The notes under the pieces were generated by a model. That model did not search any database, was not told where the DNA came from, and saw only the letters and a program-made list of their open reading frames with translations. Position numbers and translations under genes: made by a program. Of a DNA stretch of 64,000 nucleotides, positions 8,623-17,271 are shown one piece after another (the first letter of the stretch is position 1; every line of letters starts with the position of its first letter). The stretch spans positions 173,916-237,915 of the IMG/VR virus record IMGVR_UViG_3300043464_002284; one strand, written 5' to 3'.

Positions 8623-9345
8623 TTGGAACCAACCTTTGAGGACATTATGACAGAGATTGTTGTTGAGAAAAAGCCGATTGTTATGAGTACCAGCAAGGCC
8701 GATGAGTTTTTCAAGAATTTTCCGAAGGATAAGGTAGTTGCCTATAAAGACTATTGGGAGAGTGTTCGCCCCAAGACTGACGAAGATATTTTCCGTCGCT
8801 ATCTCTTTGCCTATTGTTCAGTGCATACCACTTGGCAGGGTAATGTCAAGGGATACAATGCTATCAAGAATTTTAGCGAATGGGTAGATAGTAAAGAAAT
8901 TCTTTTGACAAAACTCCACAAGAGCGGCGTCGGTCTGCACAATAATCGTACCAATTATATCTGGGATTTTAGTACCAAGTTTTGGGCTAATCCTAAAGAT
9001 TTTTATCTGACTACTAAGAAGTATCATGTTAAGAAGCGAGACAGTATTCTGAATAAGATTAGCGGAATTGGTCTGGCTAAAATTAGCTTTGCTCTTGAGA
9101 TGATTCATCCCAATGAGGCAAGAGTATTGTGTGGAGATATTCATCAGCTTCGACTTTACGATGTTGAGGCTCTTAAATATAATAAAAGCAAGACTGGTTC
9201 GGCAATCTATAAGAAGATGGAGCGTCACTGGATGGTCAATTGTGGCAAATTGAAAGTTCCATCTTATGTAGCAAGGTCGATCTATTGGGATGATCTTCAA
9301 AAGAAAGAAGATAGTCGTTACTGGAGCTATGTTCTGGAGAGTTAA
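8623..9345 (+). CDS. HhH-GPD DNA glycosylase/AP lyase, Ogg (8-oxoguanine)-like; start probably ATG 8648
   Basis: ISGIGLAKISFAL helix-hairpin-helix and CGDIH, matching the IKGIGYKEASHF...DRH layout; GVGLHNNR. Confidence 0.75.
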   Translation: MEPTFEDIMTEIVVEKKPIVMSTSKADEFFKNFPKDKVVAYKDYWESVRPKTDEDIFRRYLFAYCSVHTTWQGNVKGYNAIKNFSEWVDSKEILLTKLHKSGVGLHNNRTNYIWDFSTKFWANPKDFYLTTKKYHVKKRDSILNKISGIGLAKISFALEMIHPNEARVLCGDIHQLRLYDVEALKYNKSKTGSAIYKKMERHWMVNCGKLKVPSYVARSIYWDDLQKKEDSRYWSYVLES

Positions 9346-9347
9346 TT

Positions 9348-9473
9348 ATGCGGAATGGTAAAGGTTCTAAAAGACGAGAGAGTTTGGTTTCTCAAGAGAC
9401 TTGGGATAAAAACTACGAAAGAATTTTTAGAAAGAAAAAAGATGGGAAGCGTAACAAATCTAAAGGAAAATAA
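9348..9473 (+). CDS. Small basic phage protein (41 aa, not in track)
   Basis: MRNGKGSKRRESLVSQETWDKNYERIFRKKK...; GKGSKRR...WD.N..RIF pattern is common among small phage ORFs; GGAG RBS. Confidence 0.7.
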   Translation: MRNGKGSKRRESLVSQETWDKNYERIFRKKKDGKRNKSKGK

Positions 9474-9720
9474 AACACTGTTCATCCCTTGTTCTTGCAA
9501 GAGCGAAATTTTAGTGATCGAATATGATCATGAAATTCAATTGGCTGATTTGGCAATATTTGAACATTACACAAACTATAGTCATAAGATGTCATTATGG
9601 CAGAGATTAAGGTATTGTTTTAAGGTATTGTTTGAAAAAAAACCATACGCCGATCAGATGGTACTTGACAATAAACAGCTTAAAGATTTGCAAAAATTCC
9701 TAAATGAACTTAATCTCTAA
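9442..9720 (+). CDS. Hypothetical protein (track ORF 9355..9720, start reassigned to MGSVTNLK)
   Basis: Upstream part of the track ORF is explained by the 9348 ORF; PCSCKSE motif. Confidence 0.6.
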   Translation: MGSVTNLKENKTLFIPCSCKSEILVIEYDHEIQLADLAIFEHYTNYSHKMSLWQRLRYCFKVLFEKKPYADQMVLDNKQLKDLQKFLNELNL

Positions 9721-9728
9721 GGTGTATA
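9721..9728 (+). promoter_or_regulatory. Putative late-promoter motif GGTGTATA
   Basis: Exact motif in an intergenic gap lacking TTGACA. Confidence 0.5.
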
Positions 9729-9765
9729 TTATAGGGTTATCAAACTCATCTTAAGGAGGCTAATC

Positions 9766-9981
9766 ATGGTTGTCAGAACAGCAACAGAATACATGAACGA
9801 TCAGTTAGCTAACAGAGTTAAATCTCTTCAGAAAGCTTTAAATCAAGCTGAAAAAATAATGAATACCCTTGAGATAGAAAATCAAAGACTAAAAGACGTT
9901 CTTGCTAACCTAACGTCAGAAAATAATCAAGGTTATATTCTCAATAGTGAGACCTTTAATGAGCCAGTGCTTACAGTCTAA
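9766..9981 (+). CDS. Coiled-coil hypothetical protein
   Basis: AAGGAGG RBS; heptad pattern. Confidence 0.7.
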   Translation: MVVRTATEYMNDQLANRVKSLQKALNQAEKIMNTLEIENQRLKDVLANLTSENNQGYILNSETFNEPVLTV

Positions 9982-10240
9982 GAACAAGAACAAAAGAATA
10001 ATAACACAAATTGGCGAATACGAATATTTGATTGAGGGCGAGAGCGATTGGGCGAAATTTGGTTGTCAATCAGATATTTCAATAATAACTTCTGCTAACT
10101 TAGACGGCGGGCCATTCTTATTGGTTGGTGATTCTTTCTTGGGTAAAGGAAGAATATCCTCAATACTAAATATTGACAGTGGGCGGGATGGGTATATAAT
10201 AATTAAGGTTACTCTATACTCACCAAAGGAAACATCATGA
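9947..10240 (+). CDS. Hypothetical protein
   Basis: Contiguous operon position. Confidence 0.6.
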   Translation: MRPLMSQCLQSKNKNKRIITQIGEYEYLIEGESDWAKFGCQSDISIITSANLDGGPFLLVGDSFLGKGRISSILNIDSGRDGYIIIKVTLYSPKETS

Positions 10241-10359
10241 TTTCAGAACTCATTCCCGTTATCGGTTATCATCAAGCAATGTTAATGTCTGGCTATTCAG
10301 AATATCAGATTCAACAAATTATTAAAGGATCTACTTATGAACCAATTTCACAAGAGTAA
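10237..10359 (+). CDS. Small hypothetical protein (40 aa, not in track)
   Basis: ATGA overlap with upstream stop, AAGGA RBS. Confidence 0.45.
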   Translation: MISELIPVIGYHQAMLMSGYSEYQIQQIIKGSTYEPISQE

Positions 10360-10522
10360 TAAGAATAGAGTTTTCTTTGGTGTTTGTGGAGGACTAGCAG
10401 AAAGTCTAGGATTAGATGTTTCTGTAGTTAGGCTGGGATTTGTTGCTGGTGCGATTTTCACCGGAAGTATTCTTTTCTGGGCATATTTACTAATGGCTCT
10501 GGTTCTTCCAACAGAGGATTGA
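10337..10522 (+). CDS. pspC: PspC domain membrane protein
   Basis: NRVFFGVCGGLAESLGLDVSVVRL...AYLLMALVLP, the classic PspC signature. Confidence 0.9.
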   Translation: MNQFHKSNKNRVFFGVCGGLAESLGLDVSVVRLGFVAGAIFTGSILFWAYLLMALVLPTED

Positions 10523-10526
10523 TCTA

Positions 10527-11147
10527 ATGGATAAGATAGTGGGTGGTCAGAAAGTATTTTTTACTGCTGATCTTCACCTTGGACATAAGAATATCATAGG
10601 ATATTGTAATCGTCCATTTTCTACTGGTGGAGAGATGGACGCTAAAATTATTTCTTCTATAAACGAAACAGTTGGACAAAACGATATTCTTTACGTTATA
10701 GGAGATTTCTGCCATAAAGGCGGAACGGCTCTATCTTATAGAGAAAGAATAGCTTGCCAAAATGTGCATATTATTCTTGGCAATCATGACGAACCAACTA
10801 AATTCACTAGCGGATTCTCTAGTGTCTCTGATCAAAAAATGATTCTGTATATCAATCAAAAAATATTCATGTGTCATTATCCTATGAGAAGTTGGTCTGG
10901 TAGCTATAGAAAAAGTTGGATGCTCTATGGTCATGTTCATGGCAGGCTGCATCGTGAGGACGTTGCTTCTGGAACCCTCACGCTTGATGTAGGCGTTGAT
11001 AATAAAAGAGATGGGGTAGGGTTTGGTACTCCTTGGAGTTTTAAAGACGTTCAACAGGAATTTCTGGCGAGAACGAAAAAAAAATCAAGGTCGCCCATTG
11101 ACATTGACGATACCATACTGTATAATCGAAGGAACAACGCGAGGTAA
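10527..11147 (+). CDS. Calcineurin-like phosphoesterase
   Basis: FTADLHLGH, GDF, GNHD, CHYP, LYGHVH motifs. Confidence 0.9.
   Translation: MDKIVGGQKVFFTADLHLGHKNIIGYCNRPFSTGGEMDAKIISSINETVGQNDILYVIGDFCHKGGTALSYRERIACQNVHIILGNHDEPTKFTSGFSSVSDQKMILYINQKIFMCHYPMRSWSGSYRKSWMLYGHVHGRLHREDVASGTLTLDVGVDNKRDGVGFGTPWSFKDVQQEFLARTKKKSRSPIDIDDTILYNRRNNAR
11098..11126 (+). promoter_or_regulatory. Consensus sigma70 promoter within the 3' end of the phosphoesterase gene
   Basis: TTGACA-17-TATAAT; spacer contains GACGAT. Confidence 0.85.
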
Positions 11148-11199
11148 GATCAGTCGCTCGACTGAGCCTAGCTTGTAAGATTGGTTAAGAATTTGGAGG

Positions 11200-11490
11200 T
11201 TGATTATGGCTGAAGTTACTACTACTGAGAAGCAGAGTCGTGTTCGTTGCAGTGATGACCAGTTCCTTGAGGCAGTTTTTTCCAGCAAGACTTATGCTGA
11301 GATTGCCGCTAAGACTGGTCAGAAGATTGCTAGTACGATGGCTCGTTACGCTCGTACCAAGGCTTCTCTGGCTAAGAAGGGTGAGGAATTGCCCGCGATG
11401 GAGCGAGCAAAGCCCACAAAGACAGTGGATAATGTCGAGGCTATGGCTGAGACAGTTCGCCGTCTAAAGGCCGCTCATTCTAACGGCTGA
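11200..11490 (+). CDS. Small basic protein, possible HTH/DNA-binding
   Basis: GGAGG RBS; KTYAEIAAKTGQKIAST helix-turn-helix-like segment. Confidence 0.65.
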   Translation: MIMAEVTTTEKQSRVRCSDDQFLEAVFSSKTYAEIAAKTGQKIASTMARYARTKASLAKKGEELPAMERAKPTKTVDNVEAMAETVRRLKAAHSNG

Positions 11491-11507
11491 GTCTTAGTTT
11501 AAACCAA

Positions 11508-11596
11508 ATGCTTCCAACTACATCCCTCATAAATATTAGTAGAGACAACATAGTCAACCATCTAACTAATCGTTATGATATGTAGTTCGGAAGTGT
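11508..11596 (+). ncRNA. Unclassified long rod-like hairpin RNA upstream of tRNA-Leu
   Basis: Stacked stems: 11508-11523/11580-11596, 11527-11532/11573-11578, 11535-11540/11565-11570, 11541-11543/11561-11563. Confidence 0.5.
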
Positions 11597-11599
11597 TAT

Positions 11600-11674
11600 G
11601 GGAGCGTAGTCCAATTGGCAGCAGACAAAGGACTTAAAATCCTTCCAGTGTGGGTTCGAGTCCCACCGCTCCTA
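11600..11674 (+). tRNA. tRNA-Leu(UAA) with short variable region, CCA not encoded
   Basis: Acceptor GGGAGCG/CGCTCCT plus A; anticodon arm AAGGA-CTTAAAA-TCCTT; T arm GTGGG-TTCGAGT-CCCAC; variable region CCAGT. Confidence 0.9.
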
Positions 11675-11704
11675 CTTAATCCTTTTTAAAATGAGTTTAC
11701 TCTT

Positions 11705-11935
11705 ATGACTTTTGACCACTGGATAAACGAAATCGAAGGATATAGCGTCAGACACGAAAGAGCTATAAGCGACATAAGAAACTGTGTTGCAAAAGGAAAA
11801 ACCGACGATATAATCAAATGGTTGATGGCAGCTTATGCTATGGGCCATGAACAAGGTTATGATGTTGGATATTATGACGCTAATGAAGAATGTCAAGAAA
11901 AGTTTGATGAATATCGAATGGGAGATGACTTTTAA
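11705..11935 (+). CDS. Hypothetical protein
   Basis: First of a tightly packed small-ORF run. Confidence 0.6.
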   Translation: MTFDHWINEIEGYSVRHERAISDIRNCVAKGKTDDIIKWLMAAYAMGHEQGYDVGYYDANEECQEKFDEYRMGDDF

Positions 11936-11937
11936 TT

Positions 11938-12156
11938 ATGCCATACAATCTATATAGCCTAACTACTGAAGAAATTAAAACAGCAATCATTCAATATATT
12001 GTTGAGAACAAAAAGATTTCTACTACTTCAGAACTTTACATAATGGAAAATAAGTATGACATTAGATTCATTCTTGAAGATACTTATCAGAAGGACAGTT
12101 TGACAGGATATTATAAGCCTGAATTGAAGGGCGTAGAAATTTCTATCTTAGAATGA
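11938..12156 (+). CDS. Hypothetical protein
   Basis: Operonic packing. Confidence 0.6.
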   Translation: MPYNLYSLTTEEIKTAIIQYIVENKKISTTSELYIMENKYDIRFILEDTYQKDSLTGYYKPELKGVEISILE

Positions 12157-12452
12157 TCGAAGAATATGAAAACTGGGAAGATGGTATAAGAAGAACCTTT
12201 ATAGAACTAGCTAATTATATGGAAAAACACGCTAACCCTCTTGAATCTATTATTGATTTTGCTTGGGCTTCTGGAGCTGATCTTTTCTTTGTGCAAAATG
12301 CCAAAGATGAACTAAAGAAACTAAAAGACAAGAATAAAGAGTGGGCTGAAGAAGTCTATAGGGCTAATGAGTTCGCCACTGAACAGATGAATCTATATCT
12401 GGAGAAAGTAGAAGAGCTAGAAAAATTTAAAAAACAAAGGATGGAAACATGA
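12153..12452 (+). CDS. Hypothetical protein
   Basis: ATGA overlap. Confidence 0.6.
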   Translation: MIEEYENWEDGIRRTFIELANYMEKHANPLESIIDFAWASGADLFFVQNAKDELKKLKDKNKEWAEEVYRANEFATEQMNLYLEKVEELEKFKKQRMET

Positions 12453-12652
12453 CAGAATATGAGAGACAATTAATAAAAAATCAAATAGTGGTTTTAGAAA
12501 AGAAGATTAAGCTTTTAGAAGAATCTTTTGACAAGCCTGTTGCTTGGGCTAGGATTAATGGTCGTGGTGATTTGTTTGATCTGAGAACTCAAAATAATCC
12601 GTATATTGATCAAAATACTGTAGTTCCTCTTTATAGGAAAAATCATGAGTAA
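12449..12652 (+). CDS. Hypothetical protein
   Basis: ATGA overlap; KPVAW...VVPLY pattern common in small phage ORFs. Confidence 0.6.
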   Translation: MTEYERQLIKNQIVVLEKKIKLLEESFDKPVAWARINGRGDLFDLRTQNNPYIDQNTVVPLYRKNHE

Positions 12653-12962
12653 TAGTTTGTGTAATGGGAGGGTTAAGAACAATAATCCAAAATCTCCAAT
12701 AGAATATTTCTTGTTGGTTACTGTAAGAGAGTTCAGCGACTATGAGGGTGGGTCTTATATAGACGAAATTAAGAGTGCTGAACATTTTCTAGATTCAGGA
12801 GAAGAAGCTCTTGATGATCCTTATTACCAAATCTATGGAGAAAGATACTCTCACGATACCGAATACAAATCTATTTTTCTTGGGGAATTTTATACCTTAG
12901 ATAAGGCAAAAGAGTTTTTGTATAATTTAACTGGCGAAGTTCCAGACATTATCTCTTATTGA
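12645..12962 (+). CDS. Hypothetical protein
   Basis: Operonic packing. Confidence 0.6.
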   Translation: MSNSLCNGRVKNNNPKSPIEYFLLVTVREFSDYEGGSYIDEIKSAEHFLDSGEEALDDPYYQIYGERYSHDTEYKSIFLGEFYTLDKAKEFLYNLTGEVPDIISY

Positions 12963-12963
12963 T

Positions 12964-13488
12964 ATGGTTAATACTAAACATAAGATTGATTTGTCTAACT
13001 ACTATAGTGACAATGGTGGTTACTGCACTCTGTTTAAAATATCTAATCAGCCATTTTTAGGCTTTAAAGAATTTATTTCCAAGTCTAGGGCAGAATATGC
13101 TAGAAAAATTCAGATCAAATTAAGTAAGTACGATCTCTCTCCCAAGGTATGTTCTGAATTATGTAAGATGGAGTATGAGCCATTCTTTCCTAATCAAATA
13201 AGTGGATGGGGATATATTACAGAATTAGCCAAGCCTACTAATACAAATATACAATCATGGAAAATACAAAGACTAGTCGATACTATTTACGATACAACAA
13301 AGTTAAAATTTTGGGACTGTCATTCGGCTAATCTTGGATATATCATAAGAGAAGGAAAGAAAAAGTTGGTTTGTATTGATACTGGTAAAGAAACTTGGGA
13401 TGGATATGCTAATTATTTTGGAAATTCTGATCCTGGCCCAAAGTGTTCGTATTGTTTAAGATATCAATGTAAGTGTGAAGGAATTTAA
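12964..13488 (+). CDS. Minimal protein-kinase-like fold protein
   Basis: NGGYCTLF (Gly loop), LGFKEF (beta3 Lys), WDCHSANLG (DxHxxN catalytic loop), CIDTG (DFG-like). Confidence 0.65.
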   Translation: MVNTKHKIDLSNYYSDNGGYCTLFKISNQPFLGFKEFISKSRAEYARKIQIKLSKYDLSPKVCSELCKMEYEPFFPNQISGWGYITELAKPTNTNIQSWKIQRLVDTIYDTTKLKFWDCHSANLGYIIREGKKKLVCIDTGKETWDGYANYFGNSDPGPKCSYCLRYQCKCEGI

Positions 13489-13840
13489 AATGCCATATAT
13501 AAAAGAAGAAAATAGATTATCTTTAGATGAATGTATAGACCATATGGTAATTTGTCTAAAAAACAGCGCTTTTAGATCATCATTTGATCCAAATAAAAAT
13601 AATTATCTGAATGAAGAACTGTGTAATGAAGATGTTCTAGCTATTCTTGGTGATATTAATTATGCTTTTAGTCGTATTTTAGGGGGTGTTATGGGAGATG
13701 TTTCATACTCTAAGATTGCTATGATTACTGGTGTATTAGAGAATATTAAGCAAGAACATTATCGTCGCGTGGCAGCACCATACGAAGATAAGAAAATCAT
13801 TGAAAATGGTGATATTAAAGAGTATAAACGCCTAAAATAA
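13475..13840 (+). CDS. Conserved phage protein (DUF6899-like); start probably ATG 13490
   Basis: MPYIK..R...GDINY...YRRVAAPYEDKKIIENGDI pattern. Confidence 0.7.
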   Translation: MKEFKMPYIKEENRLSLDECIDHMVICLKNSAFRSSFDPNKNNYLNEELCNEDVLAILGDINYAFSRILGGVMGDVSYSKIAMITGVLENIKQEHYRRVAAPYEDKKIIENGDIKEYKRLK

Positions 13841-13850
13841 AGAGGCCAAA

Positions 13851-14174
13851 ATGTCTAAAAATATTGATGATGTAATTAAAGAAGTAATGAAAAGCAATAA
13901 AGAAATCCACAATATGGATAATCATTTAACTAAAGATATTACTGAGGTTAAGAAAAGCATCAAAAATATTGAGAATAAGATCAAGACCTTAGAAAACAAG
14001 ATTGATCAAGCAATAGATATTTTAAATACATTCACCATTCTAATTTCTGACATGGACGATATGAATGATTCCGATATAGATGATGAAGAAGAGAATGAGG
14101 ATTGGACTCCATATGATCAGGCAGAAGATTATCAGTCTGATTATGATGAAGATACTGACGAAGATCAATACTAA
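13851..14174 (+). CDS. Coiled-coil protein with acidic tail
   Basis: Heptads followed by a D/E-rich C-terminus. Confidence 0.65.
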   Translation: MSKNIDDVIKEVMKSNKEIHNMDNHLTKDITEVKKSIKNIENKIKTLENKIDQAIDILNTFTILISDMDDMNDSDIDDEEENEDWTPYDQAEDYQSDYDEDTDEDQY

Positions 14175-14425
14175 TGGCTAGTTTAGCTCTACTAGTAACA
14201 ATAATTTTTTTATCTGTGCTAATTATAGGGCCATTAAGTTATCTTCTTTCATTATTTTCTTGGATGCCCAAACTTATTGTCTGGATAATGGGACTTCTCT
14301 GCATACTTGTTGGAGGAATGACATTCGCGTTACCAGTGGTCTTTTTAAAAGTTTTGGGTCTGATAGACATAGCCATAGGCTTTAAAATAATAGCCGACAG
14401 ACGAAAAAAGAAAACTGGAGCTTGA
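14174..14425 (+). CDS. Small membrane protein (3 TM)
   Basis: Strongly hydrophobic; basic C-terminus. Confidence 0.65.
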   Translation: MASLALLVTIIFLSVLIIGPLSYLLSLFSWMPKLIVWIMGLLCILVGGMTFALPVVFLKVLGLIDIAIGFKIIADRRKKKTGA

Positions 14426-14450
14426 CAAGACGGTTTGCCGATGATATACT
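14422..14450 (+). promoter_or_regulatory. sigma70-type promoter for rIIA
   Basis: TTGACA-17-TATACT with TGn; spacer contains GCCGAT. Confidence 0.8.
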
Positions 14451-14490
14451 TGAGCCATCACAGGAACGATAACACTTTTGGAGAAATAAG

Positions 14491-17175
14491 ATGAAGTTGG
14501 CAGATAGGACGATTGAGACTCACAGTATTGGCGTTGCAAGCAGGAATCAGTTTAACATTGCTCAGACGAGCAAAATGTTTAAAATCCTTTCAGACTCTCT
14601 TTATTCTGATAAGGTTATGGCTGCGATTCGTGAGCTTTCTACTAATGCTTATGATAGTCATATCTCTGCCGGTAATAAGAATCCCTTTAAGGTTACTCTC
14701 CCCACTGCTGCCAATCCCACCTTTGTGGTGAGAGATTATGGCACTGGTCTTAGTCAGACCGATATGGAGGACTTGTATACAACCTACGGAGCATCCAACA
14801 AGAATGATAGCAATGATTTTGTTGGTTGTCTTGGTCTAGGATCTAAGAGTCCCTTCGCATATACCAAGAGCTTTACAACCGCATCATATTACAACGGTAA
14901 GAAGTATACCTATATTGCTGCGATTGACGAGAGCGGAGTTCCTACTCTGAATCTTTTTAATACTTCTAATACGTCTGAGCCTAATGGTCTTGAAATTAGT
15001 TTCGCTGTTAAGCAGCATGACTTCCAAGAGTTTACCGACAAGGCTAAGAGAATCTTCCACTATTTCCGAATGAAACCCATCCTTGAAGGTGGTATCGGGA
15101 ATAATCTGCAAGATCATAAGTACAGCAATACCAACATTATCATTAGTGGTGATGGCTGGAGAGTTTGCCGTCTTAATAATGACAATAGCTATTTCCCCAG
15201 CAACTACCACCGAATTGATAGTGGTATCGTAGCTATCATGGGCAATATTGCCTATCCTGTTCAGACCGCACAGATTGTGGGTCAAGAAAAGGAAGAAATG
15301 CCCGATCATATTCAGAAGTGGAATAGGGCTTTCCAGAAAGCAGATATTGATTCTTGGAAGAGCTTTGTGGGAGAGATTCTTAACTCCGGCCTTTATCTGG
15401 AACTTGATTTTGGTATCGGTGAACTGGAAATGGACGTTTCCCGCGAAGGTTTGCAGTACACCAAGGATGTTATCAAGACTCTGCGTAAAAAGACTCAAGA
15501 AATCTATATGGAGATGAAGGAAGAATTCTCCAAGAAGATTAAATCTGCTCAGAATAAGGTAGAGGCAATTACTTCATACTATACTATGAATGAATTGGCT
15601 GGCGGCTGGGGTGTTGGTGCTACTTGGACTGATCCCAAGGGCAAAGATCATCCTATCAACTCTGGCAATGACTTGGAATATAAAATTCCTGCCGGTAAGA
15701 GTCTGTACGTTTTTAATTACAAGACTGCTGGCTATCGTTCTCGTCGCCAAGTTGCTCTGACAGACAGAATCCATCACGAAACCCTTACTGGTAAAGGTTC
15801 TTATTATTGGAATAACCAGAAGAAGAAGGGTAAGATGAGTTTCTTTGTGTGCGATGTTGCCAGCGAAGAAAGTGCTAAGAAGATTCTTACAAGGTTTTGT
15901 AATGCAAATGATTGCTTTGCATATCTCTTGATTGATACTAAAGATCACACAAAAAGTCGAGAAGGTTTTGATCAACTTATCGAAGATGTTGGGGCTGAAA
16001 ATCTGCTCAAGGTTTCAGACTACAAGCATCTGACACAAAGTTCTGGCCCAAGAAAATCTTACAATAGAAATTCTAATGGTAGCGTTAGTGATCAAGACGC
16101 ATTCTTTATCCACGGTTATGATAAGGACAGTAAACAGATTACTAATCCTTATAATGACGCTACTTGTCTCAGAATTCTTTCAGAAGAACAACTAGATGAT
16201 TTTCTGGAACAGGATGAGATTGTGTATGTTCCTATGCTTCGTTATAAGACCGAACCTGAGTCTGGCTATCCTGAGATTAACGACATTGCTATTACTCTTA
16301 GTGATGATAAGCTCAAGAGCATAGTCAAGGATTTGGTTGGTGATAATAAGATTTATGCTATCAAAACAGCTTTTGCTAAAAAGCTTGAGAAAGAAGGATA
16401 TAATCTTGTTAACTTCAATGATTTCTTGAAGCGTCAACTTAAAGTTGTTGCTAACAAACACTTTAAGAATCTTGCTTCTATCAACAAGCTTGTTGAATAT
16501 TGTAAGAAAGATTTCGCAACCGACGAAAAGACCAGTGGTGGATATAGGTATTATCAGTACGGAACAACAGATAAGCAGTTTATGTTTCATATTCTGAATA
16601 TCTTTGGATTGGATTATGATAAGTTTATCGGCAATAAGACTCTTGTTGATTGCTTGAATAAAACAATGCTAACAGAGTTCTTTGCTAATACTGTTCATAT
16701 TCATCCTTTTAATATCACTAAGTTCAATCAAACAGAATACCTCTCTCATATCTCTAAGCTTATGAAAGAGGCTGGGATTGAAGATGTTGACAGTAAAGAG
16801 ATTCGTAATGCTAATTTGGCCTATAACACCTTGACAAACATGATCGTCACTCGTTTGTATTCTGTGACTAATCAAGACAAGGCAGAGGGTTATCTCAAGA
16901 TTATTCGTGGAACTTCTACTGAAGATCTTAAGAGATGGAAAATCTCTGAAATTAGGGAGAAGATTAAGTCTGAAGTAGACAAGAATCCTATGCTGAAGTA
17001 TATTATGGGAACTCATCAAGTTAGTGGTAATCTGACAGACCTAAAGCCTAGTCAGAATCCTATTCTTGAAGATCGTAGCTCGTATTATGGAAAGTCTAGC
17101 AAGGATTGGATTGAGCAGATGAGTCAAGAGAATATTGACCTATTTAAGATTCAGTTGAGTAGTTTGATCAAGTAG
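14491..17175 (+). CDS. rIIA: rIIA-like protein (GHKL ATPase N-terminus); start probably ATG 14510
   Basis: LSDSLYSDK..AIRELSTNAYD, VRDYGTGL, GCLGLGSKSPFAY; followed by rIIB. Confidence 0.92.
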   Translation: MKLADRTIETHSIGVASRNQFNIAQTSKMFKILSDSLYSDKVMAAIRELSTNAYDSHISAGNKNPFKVTLPTAANPTFVVRDYGTGLSQTDMEDLYTTYGASNKNDSNDFVGCLGLGSKSPFAYTKSFTTASYYNGKKYTYIAAIDESGVPTLNLFNTSNTSEPNGLEISFAVKQHDFQEFTDKAKRIFHYFRMKPILEGGIGNNLQDHKYSNTNIIISGDGWRVCRLNNDNSYFPSNYHRIDSGIVAIMGNIAYPVQTAQIVGQEKEEMPDHIQKWNRAFQKADIDSWKSFVGEILNSGLYLELDFGIGELEMDVSREGLQYTKDVIKTLRKKTQEIYMEMKEEFSKKIKSAQNKVEAITSYYTMNELAGGWGVGATWTDPKGKDHPINSGNDLEYKIPAGKSLYVFNYKTAGYRSRRQVALTDRIHHETLTGKGSYYWNNQKKKGKMSFFVCDVASEESAKKILTRFCNANDCFAYLLIDTKDHTKSREGFDQLIEDVGAENLLKVSDYKHLTQSSGPRKSYNRNSNGSVSDQDAFFIHGYDKDSKQITNPYNDATCLRILSEEQLDDFLEQDEIVYVPMLRYKTEPESGYPEINDIAITLSDDKLKSIVKDLVGDNKIYAIKTAFAKKLEKEGYNLVNFNDFLKRQLKVVANKHFKNLASINKLVEYCKKDFATDEKTSGGYRYYQYGTTDKQFMFHILNIFGLDYDKFIGNKTLVDCLNKTMLTEFFANTVHIHPFNITKFNQTEYLSHISKLMKEAGIEDVDSKEIRNANLAYNTLTNMIVTRLYSVTNQDKAEGYLKIIRGTSTEDLKRWKISEIREKIKSEVDKNPMLKYIMGTHQVSGNLTDLKPSQNPILEDRSSYYGKSSKDWIEQMSQENIDLFKIQLSSLIK

Positions 17176-17196
17176 TCAGGAATTTCTCAAGACCCC

Positions 17197-17224
17197 TTGA
17201 CAAGCTTGCCGATTAGTGTAAAAT
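17197..17224 (+). promoter_or_regulatory. sigma70-type promoter for rIIB
   Basis: TTGACA-16-TAAAAT; spacer contains GCCGAT. Confidence 0.75.
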
Positions 17225-17271
17225 GACAGTATCACAGGTATCGTAACTATAAAGTATTAGGAGTTTGGATT

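Noticed and set aside
9355-9441. Track start of ORF 9355
   Set aside because: This segment is better explained by the out-of-frame 9348..9473 ORF; the downstream ATG 9442 is preferred
11508-11596. SRP RNA or 6S RNA
   Set aside because: It lacks the SRP domain IV GGAA motif and is about half the length of 6S, without a clear central bubble
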